In this document: in pieces, positions 15,828 through 29,054 of the stretch | How the letters are laid out: each line of letters begins with the position of its first letter | How positions within the stretch are numbered: the stretch's first letter is position 1 | From: the human T2T-CHM13v2.0 reference genome, Homo sapiens | Direction: 5' to 3' (one strand) | Assembly (NCBI RefSeq): GCF_009914755.1 | Contig: NC_060935.1 | DNA: 64,000 nucleotides | Position numbers and translations under genes: made by a program | The notes under the pieces: generated by a model | What the model saw: only the letters and a program-made list of their open reading frames with translations | Told to the model about the DNA's origin: nothing | The model's database searches: none

Positions 15828-16818
15828 GTGATGAAAAGGCATGTACTAAATATTGCAGAAAGCTAATCATCTCTGTCTCCACCTTTCTTAATACCCTAAA
15901 TATCTCTGAAGAGGTGGGTGTGGTCTTCAAAGATTCACATAAAAGTATGCAGAAGAGAGAAGCTCATATTTCTCCAAAGGAGGACAGCACATAGAGTTAA
16001 CTGCATTCAGGTGACCTCTGAAAGTCAACTGTGCAGGGAATGAGCTCCTGATCTTGGGGAGTACTTAAAAGAATTCTTTCTTGGAAGAATTACTGCAGGA
16101 AACATTCATAGAACCTTGGGGTGAGTGCAACTTATATGGAGAAAATTATTTCTCTCTTCCTTTAAAAGAGTAAATTACAGTGATAAAAATATCTAACTGT
16201 CTAAACTTACTTAATGATCTTATTTGTAACTCATATTATTGCTATTCATTTTATGACATGAGGTTATTAATTGTTGTCATTTTGTGTGTTCCAAAAGTTT
16301 TTAATATATTTTTGAAAAATTTTAGATATCTAGTGTTTGCTGCAATAGATTTGTATGCATCATGAATATATGGAATTCACATTAAAACATATATGCGTAC
16401 TGCATGTACTAATACACTTAATTAAGTAAAAAAGGATAATTATTGAATACTGTAAATGTTGTGCTTTCATAACATTAAGCTTTTAGACATGATTTTAAGT
16501 TACTGAGGCAATGATGAGTTAAAAATGGTGATACTAAAGGAAATAAGAATGCTCTCCAAAATGCCCTAGCTTAGAAATCGAAACACAATTGTTTAGCAGA
16601 TAACTGTATAAGGAATGATTTGATACTTGATAGTAGTTGTCATTTTAATTGAGGCTTACCTCAGATGAAACTATGAAAAATTCCTTGAAATGGCTCAGAT
16701 GACCTCTGAAAAATATTTGCAATTCTTAAATTTTCACTTTTGGTACTTAAATTCAGCAGTGTTTAGTAAAAGAGAGTCAGGTAAAGGACTTCAAACTGCC
16801 AAGGGAAAGATTCCAGTT

Positions 16819-16866
16819 TGTATTGGTCAGGGTTCTCCAGAGAGACAGAACCATAGGATGTGTACA

Positions 16867-16929
<63 letters not shown>

Positions 16930-17490
16930 CAAAAATACTTACAACTGTGGTACAATTGCCTATCGTATACCATACAGGTTTGTAGCCTAGGAACAATATG
17001 CTATACTGTATACCATAGGTGTGTAGTAGGCTATACCATCTAGGTTTGTGTAAGTATACCCTATGATGTTCAAACAATAACGAGACTGTCTAATGCGTCC
17101 CTCAGATCATATATCTGTCCTCACTCTACACATGACACTGTACAGGAGAGGAAGTCCACTAGGAGAATTTGTTCCCTTGATTATGGAGTCTGAGAAGTTG
17201 AACACAGGCTGTCATTAAGCTAATGTCCTAAAGATACCAATATCCTGGCTGAGTTAGAATCAGCTTCAGGAGAAAGAGAGGAAACTGCCTTCTCTCTGCC
17301 CTTTATCTTCAGTCTGAGCTACCAGCTGATTGGATAGTGTCCACCCACATTGAGGGCTGCTGTTCCCCACTCAGCTCACCAACTTACATGTTTCTCTGGA
17401 AACACCTTCACAGACTCACCCAGAAATAATGCTTTACCAATTCTCCATGTATTACTTAATCCAGTCAAGTTAACACCTAAAATTAACCAT
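16819..17490 (-). mobile_element. MLT2-family (ERVL) solo LTR in TRIM51 intron 1, interrupted by (TA)28 and a Tigger3 fragment
   Basis: Ends TGTATTGGTCAGGGTTCTCCAGAGAGACAGAACCATAGGA and CCAGTCAAGTTAACACCTAAAATTAACCAT resemble MLT2 termini. Confidence 0.7.
16930..17141 (+). mobile_element. Tigger3/MER7-type DNA transposon fragment
   Basis: CAGGTTTGTAGCCTAGGA..GGTGTGTAGTAGGCTATACCATCTAGGTTTGTGTAAGTA is characteristic of the Tigger3 end; it lies next to the TA run at 16871-16926. Confidence 0.75.
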
Positions 17491-18184
17491 AATTCCATAG
17501 TAATATGATTATATATATTTCAGTTTTTAAAAAACTGACTATATGTCAGTTCATAGTTTGAGTAGCCAAAAGAAGAAGTTAATTTAAGCCATAAGAAAAA
17601 TAAACCCAATATTTTTCATTATTTATTTTATCTCCTATTTATCCTAGACTGGTTTAATTGCTGTCTTTTTGTTTATCTTGGCTGTTGATTTGTTCTGGGG
17701 TTGTTTTTGTTTTAAAGAGCCGGCTTCTAGGTCCCTCTCTCTAAACATATGCCATAGCGCCCTCTGACCATCTTCTCATGTTTTGTTTCCTAATGTAGGT
17801 TTTCTACTCCTCTCCCATAGTCATTCAGTAGTTATTTGAAAGAGAAATATGGACGACCATGTTTTATTCTAGACCACTTAAGATTAAAACCCGAGTTTCA
17901 TATCGACATCCAGGGAATAGGTATTTGAACAGATTTGCATTATGTTATGGGCAGGAACTAGGAGTAGAAGAGGTTGTGAGTCATCTAGTCAGTGGTGTCT
18001 ACTAAAAAGCCTAAAGACTCTCTTTGTGTATGAATTTTTCATTTTTGTTACAGAGGAAATAGTTTGTTCTGCTTTAATGAGCACTGTCAAGAGGAAAATA
18101 TAGCTATCACATATCACCACATGTTCACAGATTTTCACCAACCCAGACCCCAAAATGACATGCTGCTCTTTCTTCTTCAGAAAC

Positions 18185-21100
18185 ATGAATTCTGAAATTT
18201 TGCAAGTCTTCCAGAGGGAACTCACCTGTCCCATCTGCATGAACTACTTCATAGACCCAGTCACCATAGACTGTGGGCACAGCTTTTGCCGGCCCTGTTT
18301 CTACCTCAACTGGCAAGACATGGCAGTTCTTGCTCAGCGCTCTATATGCAAGAAGACAACACGGCAGAGAAACCTCAAAACTGACATTTGTTTGAAGAAT
18401 ATGGCTTCCTTTGTTAGAAAAGCTAGCCTCTGGCAATTCCTTAGATCTGAGGAGCAAATAAGTGGGATGCACGGAGAGACAAAGAAAATGTTCTGTGAAG
18501 TGGACAAGAGCCTGCTCTGTTTGCTGTGCTCCAACTCTCAGGAGCACCGGAATCACAGACACTGTCCCATTGAGTGGGCTGCAGAGGAACGCCGGGTAAG
18601 TAATGCCTCTGAAGATCTATTTCTATGCAGGACACATGAAATTCTTGTAAGTCTATTTCCTTGGAGATTGGATGATGCCATCTCTGTGTCCCCTTAAGCA
18701 TGTCTGTTATGAGCTTCCTTGACTTCACACCTCTCAGATTCGACAAACATGAGGAGAAACACAGCAAACTCTCTTTTCTGTGGGCTAATTTGTCTCTCAT
18801 TTTGGGCCCTTCGTATATCAGAGTGTGAATGATACTTTATTGTCTTCACTTGTGCTTAAATTCATGGCTCTTTTGCAGGAGGAGCTCCTAAAAAAAATGC
18901 AGTCTTTATGGGAAAAAGCTTGGGAAAATCTCAGAAAACTGAACATGGAAACCACCAGAACAAGATGCTGGAAGGTTAGTACCGTATTACTCTACCTTCT
19001 CCAGGAACTTATAGGGAACAAATGGGTGATTCTTAAAATAGGAACTTGATCTCAACCCATAATGTTTCTGGAATTCAATAAAGAAGGAGAAAACACTTGA
19101 GAAAAAAACACCCTAATTTTTTATAAAAGTTAGTGTGACTCTTTGGTAGGATTTCTAATCAGACCACAGATTTTACACTAGCATGCTCATCTGTTTCCAT
19201 ACAAACCTATAGCAATACCCCAACAAATACAAGAAACTGGGCCATTTCACACTGTTCCCAGTGGGCTGCCTGGATAACTTCTGGACACAAGAGTTATTTG
19301 TCAGTCATGGAAATTTCAGGTGACCCTTCTAAGGCTGAGTCAGTATGAATTTGAATCCTGGTGGGCAAGTATATTGAAATGTGAGCTAAATTTCAGGCAG
19401 AAGGTGAGAGAGCGCAACCTTAGGGAAAGCATGAAATTAAATATCAGCACTAATTAATATTGAATAAGTCATAAAACATAATGGGAAAAGTGGTGAGAAA
19501 TGTAGACTTGTGTCTTGATGAAGACATAAATATGTGAGAAATATGGGAACTAGTATTTAATATAAGGAGAACTCTAAGAACTTGAGAAGAATTCTAGAAA
19601 TGATTTTCTCTTTGTGGATGTTTATATTGAGGGTATGATATCTAATATTAATTCATTAATTTATTCTAATATTAATTCACTGAAAGATATTCTATGAGTA
19701 CCTAGTCTAGGTCAAATATCAACTTAGAAAATTAAGGAGTAAAGAAGAAAGAAAACACACAAATCTTGCAATGGAAATGAGAAAAGCAAATGGTCACCAT
19801 GCAGATATGTGAGGTACATGATGTGTTAGAGTGCAGTAGTGTCTTTGGAGAAGAATCAAGCAGGAAAGTAGAAAAGGAGCACAGAAGCCAGGGACTGGGG
19901 ATGAGGGTTTGAGTTTTAAATAGGGTGGTCAGAAAAAAGGCTCATGGAAAAATTCACACTGAAACAAAATCTTGATCAGGAGGAAATATATATATCCTGT
20001 TTGCCTTCCTCTTCCTCATAAATATATGAATATATATGTGTATGTCGGTGTTGGTATATATATATAGATAGATATATTTGAGGAATATATATGTAAACAC
20101 ACAGATACACGTATATCTTCCTCATACATCATATATACCTATATTTGAGAAATATATATATGAGTACATATATGAGAAATATATATATATATATGGAAAT
20201 AATTCTAGGCATAGAAAACAGCATGTGCAGTAATATTTAATTTGCATTTATTTGGGGGTTTGAGGAACCACAAAGAAGTCCATGTTGCAGATTAGGGTGA
20301 GTTTGGAAGAGAATAAATGAAACCTTATTAGAATATGTTATGCTGGGTGAAATGCATTGAGTTGACAATGGTAGTCTGGGTCATGTCATCATTTGTCATA
20401 TAATGGTTTTACATAACTTGCCCCAATTCTCCAAAATAGAAATAATGGTTTCTTACCTAGTCAATATAACTCGATAGTTTGATTCTTAAGCAAGAACTGT
20501 GTTTTCTTTCTATAAATGTGGTGTGGAAGAGAGAAATCCATCTTTATATAACTGTCATAGAAAACATTTTATCATTAATCAAGTAAATGTAACTGGGCAG
20601 AAACAACTATGTTGATAGTAGTACAGAAAAAAAGGAAAGGAATAAAATTTTGTGGAATCTGAGAATTGACAAGATCGAGGATTAAAATATTGGGTGTTGA
20701 GAATGCTAAGAGGAATCAGTGAAATTCAAGAGAAGATGGATAAAACATTTCTATTTTGACTAATTGTCACTGCAGGATTATGTGAGTTTAAGGATAGAAG
20801 CAATCAGAGCTGAATATCAGAAGATGCCTGCATTTCTCCATGAAGAAGAGCAACATCACTTGGAGAGGCTGCGAAAGGAGGGCGAGGACATTTTTCAGCA
20901 ACTCAATGAAAGCAAAGCCAGAATGAAACATTCCAGGGAGCTTTTAAGAGGAATGTATGAGGATCTGAAACAAATGTGCCATAAAGCAGATGTGGAGCTA
21001 CTCCAGGTACGGACTGACCGTGGGGTATCATGATGTTGAACATTCACATACATGGGTGTTTTTCCTCTCTCCTGAAATCCATCTCCCCCTTCACTTCCAT

Positions 21101-24100
21101 GATTTGTTTCCAAAAACATGATTCAATAACTAATGCTCCTTGGTAGGGAGGGTGTATCCTCTCCTTGTGATTCTACCAGACCGAAGGTCCCTCCTACTTT
21201 ATCCACCAGCAACAAAACTTTGTAGAATGGCTAAGGTAACAAATAGCCCCAAGAAATATTTCCCATCAAAAGTCAGTGATTTATTTAGGATTTTTGAAAG
21301 TGGATAAAATGAGAAGTGATCCATTGGCATTTAGGCTAATTTGGAGACATGGCAGGATGGAGAAGTTGGGGAATCTAGGATCACCCTAATATTATTTTGG
21401 GGTCCACTCACTTTGGTAACAAGGCTTAGGGAAGATGACTGAGTAGCTTCTTTATGGTTACCTCAGAGCATAGACTCTGTGGGCCTCCTCTCCCTTCACT
21501 TGAAAAGAGAATGTCTTCAAGACTTAGACTTTGTCAGGACATTAATTCATGACATATCATAGACTGGGATTTTCATGAGAAAAGAAACAGAAAATGCTTT
21601 CCAGGAGGGAACATTGTAGGAAAATAATATCTTCAGAAACTGTCTCCAAATCTCACACTGAACTTAGTGGAAGATGCATCTTGTGGAAAGCACTAAGCCT
21701 TTCAATTTTTTTTTTTTTTATTTTACAGGCTTTGGGAGACATATTACACAGGTGAGTACATACCAAGATTTTAGCAGATGCTTTCAGTTTCCACAACTAT
21801 CAAGCAGGAACTTTGACATTGAAGGTATAATTGATTCACATACTGATACTGCCTTGTGCTGGTTGTATTTTCTCCATTCCCCACCCCATGTAGTCATCTA
21901 TTTTGTTGCCATACTCAGTGACTTTATTAAGCAGCTCAATGAAAGTTCTGCAAAACCAAATAAATAAATAAATAAATAAATAAATAAAACAAAAAATAAA
22001 TAAATGAAAGAAAAATAAAGGAAGTGAGCATCTCTATTCCTAATTTCCTTTTTATTGCTCAAAAGCCTTCATATTTGAAAGAGAAAATATTACATTTACT
22101 ACTTGCATACAAAGTCAACCAGGGGAAGCCAGAGAGAAAAGGGGAAAGTATTTTAGCAGTGAAAAGTGTTGATGATTTCTAGTTTATATTTAAATATATA
22201 ATTGTGAAAAATGGATGAAACGAACTATTCGGTATGTTTGAACCGTGTAGGCCTCCAGAGAACCTCGACTATAAAAGGCAGATCTCCCTGCCTGGAGCAA
22301 GTTTCAACTCTCTGGCCTTGAGAAGGAAGCAACAGATGCAGCAGTCTTAAAAATAACCCCACTTTTCCAGACAGTGATTTCAGGAATTTCTGGAGAGGCC
22401 TGGAACCCAGAATTTCATTTTTGAATATTCTCCCAGTGTTAAGACTAATGATCCTTACTAATTTGGAGCAATACCAAGAAAGATCTGAATGAATTCTCAG
22501 TCAGATAGACTTTTCCATCGTGTTTGAAAATGAGGAACTGTGAATAAGAATGAATTTGAAAAAGAAAATGATAATTTTGGAATTAGCAAATGTGTGGGTT
22601 AAAGGGATTCTCATGAAATGTCTTTTAAATAAAAGTGGTGATTTTTATGTATTTTTTTTGGCTGCAGATGTGGAAAGGGTATGTTTCTCCTTGCAGGTAT
22701 GAGTCCCTGCTGCTGCAAGCATCTGAGCCTGTGAATCCAGAGCTCAGTGCAGGGCCCATCACTGGACTGCTGGACAGGCTCAGTGGATTCAGAGGTAAGT
22801 GTCAGCCCATTGGCAGAATTCCCACAGTGTATTACTTCTTGTTAGAATCATGGGGGTAATATTTTACCCTTCATCAAATCTTTATTTCATTTCAGCAGGA
22901 AGTGAACCATATGACGATGCAACCCTTTTATATCTGTGTTTCTATTTATAGTCCAATTTATAACATGAAGTGTAAAACATAGTGAAAAACAAACATGTTC
23001 TGGGCTCTTGTATAGAGTTCTATATTGGGTAAAAGGAATGACATAAGAAATAAAAAATTGAATAAATGGAACAATGCTCAGAAGGAAGCATAATAATCCA
23101 AGGTTGTATAAAAGTTTTACATTTGTTTACTGCATTTCATTTGAATTGTTAAAAACATTTCATTGGGGAATAGAGTTCACTGCAGTTTGTTGGAGTATTT
23201 GTACTTTCTTACAATAAATAGATTTTATTGATATAATGTAAAATTTGGACTTAACATGTAAAAAGAAAGAAGAAATTATTATGAAAATAGGAAGTAAAAA
23301 TAGAAATGATAATTTCAGTTTAGTTACAACCTGAAGAGCTACGTGTAAAAATCTAAAATTCAGTTTGAGTCTAGAGCTAGCAGGGATGTCCGCAAAGTGA
23401 CTGGTAAAAGATTTTGCAAAAATCTGCCTTCAGTTACCACTTATAATTTGAACATATGGACTTTTATCCAGTTATCTAGAGCGGTGCTTGTGTAAGCTAA
23501 AATCTTCCCATTCTTGCCAAAATTATATCACTAGTATTTAAGAACAAGAAATATTTTAATAATAATGACCTTGATAGCTAAAGGGCATTCAGGGCATAAA
23601 ATATTTCACTTTTACATTGGAGATTGGATAAAAACAGGCTGGTCTTATATTCAACTCTCGATTTTTAAGATTTCAATAAATTTTCAATGTCTGTTTTTAG
23701 GGTTTTGTTCTTCTTATAGAGAATATTAATCATCCTTATACTTTATTAAATGTTGTAGTCACAATTCTCCTGTCCTTGTAACTTCAAATTTCCTGGTAAA
23801 GTAAACTCTTGGTAGAACTACTATTCCCTCAAGAATTCTAATTTCTGTTAATTACATGTATCTATATTTTTTAAAAATTATTTTTGCTGTTGATTTTACT
23901 GTGCAGCCTGAAAGAGCCAATAGACATATCTTCCTGCATGGAGATTTGAGAAGCATGAATATTGGATGTGACCCTCAAGAAGATCCCGATATCACTGCAA
24001 AATCTGAATGTTTTCTTGTATGGGGGGCTCAGGCTTTCACATCTGGCAAATATTATTGGGAGGTTCACGTGGGGGACTCTTGGAATTGAGCTTTTGGTGT

Positions 24101-24387
24101 CTGTAACAATTATTGGAAAGAGGAGACAGAATGACAAGATAGATGGAGAGGAGGGACTCTTTCTTCTTGGATGTGTTAAGGAGGACAGTCACTGCAATCT
24201 CTTTACCACCTCCCCACTTGTGGTGCAATACGTTCCAAGACCTACCAGCACAGTAGGATTATTCCTGGATTGTGAAGGTAGAACCATGAGCTTTGTTGAT
24301 GTTGATCAAAGTTCCCTGATATACACCATCCTTAATTGCTCCTTCTCACCTCCTCTCTAGCCTATCTTTTGCTGTAGTCACTTCTGA
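18185..24387 (+). pseudogene. TRIM51CP: TRIM51-like unprocessed pseudogene; coding-type exons 18185-18595, 18879-18974, 20776-21006, 21729-21751, 22697-22794, 23890-24387
   Basis: Translation is TRIM51-type with family exon sizes 411/96/231/23/98. Lesions: RING Cys>Arg (AQRSIC), B-box Cys>Ser (QISGMH), last acceptor AG>TG at 23888-23889, TGA at 24087-24089, 2-bp deletion near 24122, TAG at 24358-24360. The symbol is from recall of locus order. Confidence 0.85.
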
Positions 24388-24949
24388 GCAGAAAAAAGTC
24401 AGAAATGTGTCTATATGCTCTGGGAACCTGTTTATCACAGAAAGCCCTCTTTTTCACACCTCATCAAACAGGACAAATAAGTTATATTTAATGTCTTTAC
24501 TTGCATTCTAATGTCATCAAAACTCATTTATAGTGTTTCTATTAAATATGGTGAAAACATTGCAACCATGTGTATTGGTTCCTTTTTAAGTCATTTTTGG
24601 AAAATCATTACCCATGATGTATGGCATAGAATATATTCTCTGGTTTTTAATTATTTCTGAATGTCACAAAGTGAAATAATAGATGACAGAGTTGTCTAAA
24701 TGAAGTTAAAATCAATGGAAGAAAGTAGAGATCTTGGGCTTCATGAAAAAACTTGGAGTAAAAAGACTCAATGGTAACCTGGAAATATTTTCTTTCTCTT
24801 CATCTAACAATATTATACTTCTCCATGTGTTTTATTTATGAACCTATACTTTGAGGTAATCTTATTTGACCTCTTATGCTGTGCTTATCTTTGTAAATCT
24901 CATCTTATATACAAAATGCTCATGCATTATTAGAGTGCTGTTCTACAGT

Positions 24950-25900
24950 GAAATTTACAAGGGGATCAGGACAATGCTGGATCAATTAAATATTCAAATG
25001 GACATAACTGAATACTGACCCCTATCTCAAACCATACACAGTGCATTTCCACATGGATTCATGTTCTGAAGGTGAAGGGAACACAGTAAATTATTCTCAC
25101 ACAGAAAGATTTCCTAACCAGGACAAAAAAGGAACAATTAAGAAGAAAAATTTAGTTAGTTTATATCAAAAATGATGACTTCTGTGTTTCAAAATATACC
25201 ATCCAAGAATTAAAATGCAAACCAAGAGTGGAGAAAAATATTTATCCCAACATATATGCAATAAAATACAATACATGTGATTAATGAATGTAATAAATAA
25301 AAGAAAATGAACCCAATATAAAATTGGGAAAATATTTGAACAGGCACTTCATAAAATTGGAGGCATAAATATCTGGACAAATATGAAAAAGGGATTACTT
25401 TTATTAGTCCTCAGAATAATAAAAATTAATCCATAAGTTGAACTACAGGCCTCCCTAAAAAGTAGCAAAATGTAAAGACACATAATATTGTGTGTTGTGA
25501 AAGATAAAGAATCAATGAAAGTTATTCATGGCTGGAGGGATGTAAACTGAAATACTTTTTGGTAAACTGACTATGAGCATTCCTTATGGGCTAGATATTC
25601 TCATTCTAAAATATATTCCACAGACTGCCTATGTGTATTTCAAGATAAACGCAATGTTGATCATTGCAGCAATTTTTATAGTAGCTCAAAATTGGAGACA
25701 AAATAAATATTCATCAACAGTAGAATTGCTAAATAAATTGTGATCTCATCATACAAAAGAATTTTACAAAACAGAGATAACACCAAAATGCAACAAATTA
25801 ATTAATCTCAAAGAGAAGTTTAAGAAAAGAATTGAAACACACAAATGTTATATTACAGTGTTTTATTTAGATAAATTGTGAACTCCATTAATTGATGATA
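24950..25900 (+). mobile_element. Highly decayed old L1M-type fragment(s)
   Basis: A-rich stretch with remnants of the L1 ORF2 3' end (GACCCCTATCTCAAACCATACAC, TTTGAACAGGCACTTCATAAAA, CATTGCAGCAATTTTTATAGTAGC). Confidence 0.5.
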
Positions 25901-26179
25901 GAAGTTAGAATATTGAATAATGTTTTGGAAGGTAATGGTTAGGAAACTTAAGAATTAACCAGGATAAGATATAGGAAGCATTGAAATCAAGGAGAGAAAA
26001 TATAAGCATTTTTCATGCAGAAGAGAATCATATATATATATGTGTATATATATATATGGTATTTTAACGTATAAAATAAGTTTGAAATAAATGATTTGAT
26101 GTTTTGCCTAATTTTTCAAATGCATATATATATATAATTTAATTTATGATAATTTAACATCAACATTAAGACATAAAAC

Positions 26180-26553
26180 TTTTTTTATTATCATACTTTA
26201 AGTTCTGGGGTACATGTGCAGAATGTTCAGGTTTGTTACATAGGTATACACGCACTGTGGTGGTTTGCTGCACCCATCAACCCCTCATCTACATTAGGTA
26301 GTTATCCCAGTGATATCCCTCCCCTAGCCCCCCACCCCAGACAGGCCCCAGTGTGTGATGTTTTCCTCCCTGTGTACATGTGTTCTCACTGTTCAACTCC
26401 CACTTATGAGTGAGAACATGCAGTGTTTGGTTTTCTGTTGTTGTGTTAGTTTGCTGAGAATGATGGTTTCCAGCTTCATCCATGTCCCTGCAAAGGACAT
26501 GAACTCATCCTTTTTATGGCTACATAGTATTCCACGGTGTATATGTGCCACAT
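26180..26553 (-). mobile_element. 5'-truncated L1PA (PA7/PA8-like) 3' end
   Basis: T-rich tail then ATACTTTAAGTTCTGGGGTACATGTGCAGAA...CCCACTTATGAGTGAGAACATG...CCATGTCCCTGCAAAGGACATGAACTCATCC. Confidence 0.85.
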
Positions 26554-27322
26554 ACTTTTTTTTACTGTCTGTGAAGAGATTCAGAGTATCACATTTTAAG
26601 ACCTGTATTTACGTCCCCATCTCCCCTGTGTAACAAAACCTAAAACTACAAAGGGAAATATAAGGAATGCCATTGCCCTTGGGATGCTGGTAACACTAAT
26701 TGAACTTTGGAAAGGGGAAAAGAAAAAATAGGAAAAAAATATATGGAGGATTTAGACCTACACCTGAAGGTTGGACAGGATCATTAAGAAGGTTCCAGCC
26801 ATGAAGACCCAGAAACAGTGTCAACCTGTGACTGAGCTTCATCAGAATGACAGAGAATGCTTCTCCATCCTCATCACCACCCTCAACTTGGCAAAAAATT
26901 GTTGAGTAACAGGTCAAAGCAGTGCCTTCTGGGGGACTGAGCAGAATTTGGAGGGAAACTTAAAGTTGAGGATACAGCAGATAGTGAGAAAAGCTGCTGA
27001 ACCAGTCCAATCCAAAACACAAAGTAATGCTAGATGAGCAGGAAATCTATGGTGAACTGGAATTAACTCTAAGAAGAACAAGTCTCAAAACCAAATCAAC
27101 TCCTGACTAGATTGATTCAACCTTCTCCCTCAAAACACACACATACAGGCTAGAAAAAGGGAACACATGCGGGTTTTGCTTTCTATATTAGTCTACTCTA
27201 CATAGTTCACTTTTTGAGTAAAACTTACCAGACATATACAAAAACAGAAAAGATACATAAAGGAAACAGTGTTAAGAGAAAAAGCAATTAATAAAGCCAG
27301 AGTCAAATGTGGCAGAGGTGTT

Positions 27323-29054
27323 GGAATTATCTTTTTTTTTTTTTTTTTTTTGTATTCATTGATCATTCTTGGGTGTTTCTCAGAGAGGGGGATTTGGCAG
27401 GGTCATAGGACAATAGTGGAGGGAAGGTCAGCAGATAAACATGTGAGCAAGGGTCTCTGGTTTTCCTAGGCAGAGGACTTCTGCAGTGTTTGTGTCCCTG
27501 GGTACTTGAGATTAGGGAGTGGTGATGACTCTTTAGGAGCATGCTGCCTTCAAGCATCTGTTTAACAAAGCGCATCTTGCACCGCCCTTAATCCATTTAA
27601 CCCTGAGTGGACACAGCACATGTTTCAGAGAGCACAGGGTTGGGGATAAGGCTATAGATTAACAGCATCCCAAGGCAGAAGAATTTTTCCTAGTACAGAA
27701 CAAAATGGAGTCTCCTATGTCCACTTCTTTCTACACAGACACAGTAACAATCTGATCTCTCTTTCTTTTCCCCACATTTCCTCCTTTTCTATTTGACAAA
27801 ACCGCCATCGTCATCATGGCCCGTTCTCAATGAGCTGTTGGGTACACCTCCCAGATGGGGTGGCAGCCAGGCAGAGGGGTTCCTTACATCCCAGATGGGG
27901 TGGCCAGGCAGAGGTGCCCCCCACCTCCCAGACGGGGCGGTGGCCGGGTGGGGGCACCCCCCACCTCCCGGACGGGGTGGCTGCCGGGAGGGGGCTGCCC
28001 CCCACCTCCCGAACTGGGCGGCTGGTCGGACGGGGGCTGCCCCCCACCTCCCTCCCGGATGGGGTGGCTGGCCGGGCGGGGGCTGCCCCCCACTTCCCGG
28101 ACGGGGTGGGTGCTGGGCAGAGGGTCTCCTCACTTCCCAGAAGGGGCAGCTGCCGGGCGTAGGGGCTCCTCACTTCTCAGATGGGGCAGCTGCCGGGCGG
28201 AGGGCTCCTCACTTCCCAGACTGGGTGGCTGCCAGGTGGAGGGGCTCCTCACTACCCAGATGGGGCATCCGCTGGGCGGAGGGGCTCCTCACTTCTCAGA
28301 CAGGGCGGCGGGGCAGAGATGCTCCTCACCTCCCAGACGGGGTGGCAGTGGGGCAGAGACGCTCCTCAGATCCCAGACAGGGTCGCGGCTGGGCAGAGGC
28401 GCTCCTCACATCCCAGACGGGGTGGCGGGGCAGAGGCGTTCCCCACATCTCAGATGATGGGCAGCCGGGCAGAGAAGCTCCTCACTTCCTAGATGGGATG
28501 GCGGCCAAGAAGAGGCACTCCTCACTTCCCAGACTGGGCGGCCGGGCAGAGGGGCTCCTCACATCCCAGACGATGGGCAGCCAGGCAGGGACGCTCCTCA
28601 CTTCCCAGATGGGGTGGCAGCCAGGCAGAGGCTGCAATCTCAGCACTTTGGGAGGCCAAGGCAGGCGGCTGGGAGGTGGAGGTTGTAGCGAGCCAAGATC
28701 ACGCCACTGCACTCCAGCCTGGGCAAGATTGAGCACTGAGTGAGAGAGACTCCGTTGGCAATCCCGGCACCTCGAGAGGCCCAGGCGGGCAGATCACTCG
28801 CAGTCAGGAGCTGGAGACCAGCCAGGCCAACACGGCGAAACCTCGTCTCCACCAAAAAATACAAAAACCAGTCAGGCATGGTGGCGCGTGCCTGCAATCC
28901 CAGGCACTGGGCAGGCTGAGGCAGGAGAATCAGGCAGGGAGGTTGCAGTGAGCCAAGATGGCGGCAGTACAGTCCAGCCTCGGCTCGGCATCAGAGGGAG
29001 GCCGTGGAAAGGGGAGAGGGAGAGGGAGAGGGAGAGGGAGAGGGAATTATCTTT
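27323..29054 (-). mobile_element. Full-length SVA retrotransposon (older SVA_A/B type) with 12-bp target-site duplication
   Basis: On +: poly-T 27332-27351, SINE-R, GC-rich VNTR (~27845-28620), Alu-like part, (AGAGGG)n at ~29011-29044. TSD GGAATTATCTTT at 27323-27334 and 29043-29054. ATAGATTAACAGCATCCC is the older-subfamily form. Confidence 0.95.

Larger units (their letters stand above)
14929..24942 (+). repeat. Left arm of ~10 kb inverted segmental duplication (pairs with 48068-58033)
   Basis: Colinear reverse-complement match throughout: AGAGTCAATGATG at 14929 vs CATCATTGACTCT at 58021-58033; CATGCATTATTAGAGTGCTGTT ending 24942 vs AACAGCACTATAATAATGCATG at 48068. Confidence 0.93.
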
